Assembly: GCA_016125375.1 (NCBI GenBank)
Contig: WGLU01000003.1
Span: forward strand, 133,880-165,879
Length of the DNA stretch: 32,000 nucleotides
Source of the DNA: Pseudomonadota bacterium
Lineage (GTDB): Bacteria > Pseudomonadota > Alphaproteobacteria > UBA1280 > RI-95
Reading direction: 5' to 3'
This document shows, in pieces, positions 31,788-32,000 of this stretch. Made by a program: the position numbers and the translations under genes. Numbering within the stretch: position 1 is the first letter of the stretch; each line of letters opens with the position of its first letter. Under the pieces are notes generated by a model, which saw nothing but the letters and a program-made list of their open reading frames with translations, was not told where the DNA came from and did no database searches.

Positions 31788-32000
31788 CTATGCCAACTCC
31801 GCATGACGGAAGCATCCGGCGATGTGGTCATTAACCATGCCGATGGCCTGCATGTTGGCATAGATGACGGTAGGTCCTACAAACTTAAACCCCCGTTTTT
31901 TAAGGTCTTTACTGATTTTCTCGGCCAGCTGGGTAACCGGCGGCACGTCTTTCATGGACTGCCGTTTCGGCTGTAAAGGTGCACCGTCAACGAAGCGCCA
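31788..32000 (-). CDS. tag: DNA-3-methyladenine glycosylase I (C-terminal 70 aa; the gene starts outside the window)
   Basis: Reverse translation gives WRFVDGAPLQPKRQSMKDVPPVTQLAEKISKDLKKRGFKFVGPTVIYANMQAIGMVNDHIAGCFRHAELA*, the conserved Tag C-terminus. Confidence 0.85.
   Translation of the reverse strand, partial: WRFVDGAPLQPKRQSMKDVPPVTQLAEKISKDLKKRGFKFVGPTVIYANMQAIGMVNDHIAGCFRHAELA

Noticed and set aside
1-32000. Search for CRISPR arrays, IS or transposase genes, integrases, att-like direct repeats, and flagellar sigma28 (TAAA-N15-GCCGATAA), sigma54 (TGGCAC-N5-TTGC) or CtrA (TTAA-N7-TTAA) boxes
   Set aside because: No convincing instance was found by eye. GCCGATAA at about 24341 is inside the EAL coding region with no TAAA upstream. 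A GG...TTGCA near 26105-26125 has the wrong spacing and lies inside the regulator gene. No flanking direct repeats were seen around the 5509-7278 insertion.

Overview
This is a chromosomal, mostly housekeeping window with alphaproteobacterial-style organisation. All calls come from reading the sequence and the ORF track by eye; nothing was searched or computed. Gene order: ftsY (partial) with three small envelope genes; ffh-rpsP-rimM, interrupted before trmD-rplS; LON-N / UDG-like / slt / rnhB / GT4; mutY with a Gx-family membrane protein, divergent from a DUF721/DciA-like gene; dsbA-like and atpI; atpB-atpE-atpF; puuD-like amidotransferase; pepA; rpmE; a 969-aa sensor protein with degenerate GGDEF and EAL domains; then a flagellar/chemotaxis patch of cheW, an OmpR-type regulator, fliI-fliJ, a small QueF-like gene, cheR, a FliK-like protein, an HhH protein and tag (partial). 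I found no rRNA, tRNA, CRISPR, IS element or integrase. Most long ORFs in the track are antisense shadows of real genes. Leads, most interesting first. (1) Two paralogous membrane-protein genes of unknown family, each with its own terminator (a promoter could be proposed only for the first), sit antisense between rimM and trmD and split the conserved ribosomal operon. Their codon usage is atypical (very high GC3) and is shared with two other single-gene units in the window. (2) A QueF-like T-fold protein lacks the catalytic Cys and is translationally coupled to cheR. (3) An OmpR-family regulator has every conserved phospho-receiver residue replaced. (4) ftsY ends a tightly coupled string of a TPR/TM protein, a cysteine-less YidD-like protein and a lone GspI-like pseudopilin, with ffh only 2.4 kb away. 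(5) AtpB carries an insertion of about 45-50 aa, predicted to add membrane helices. No known defence, toxin or mobile system is evident.
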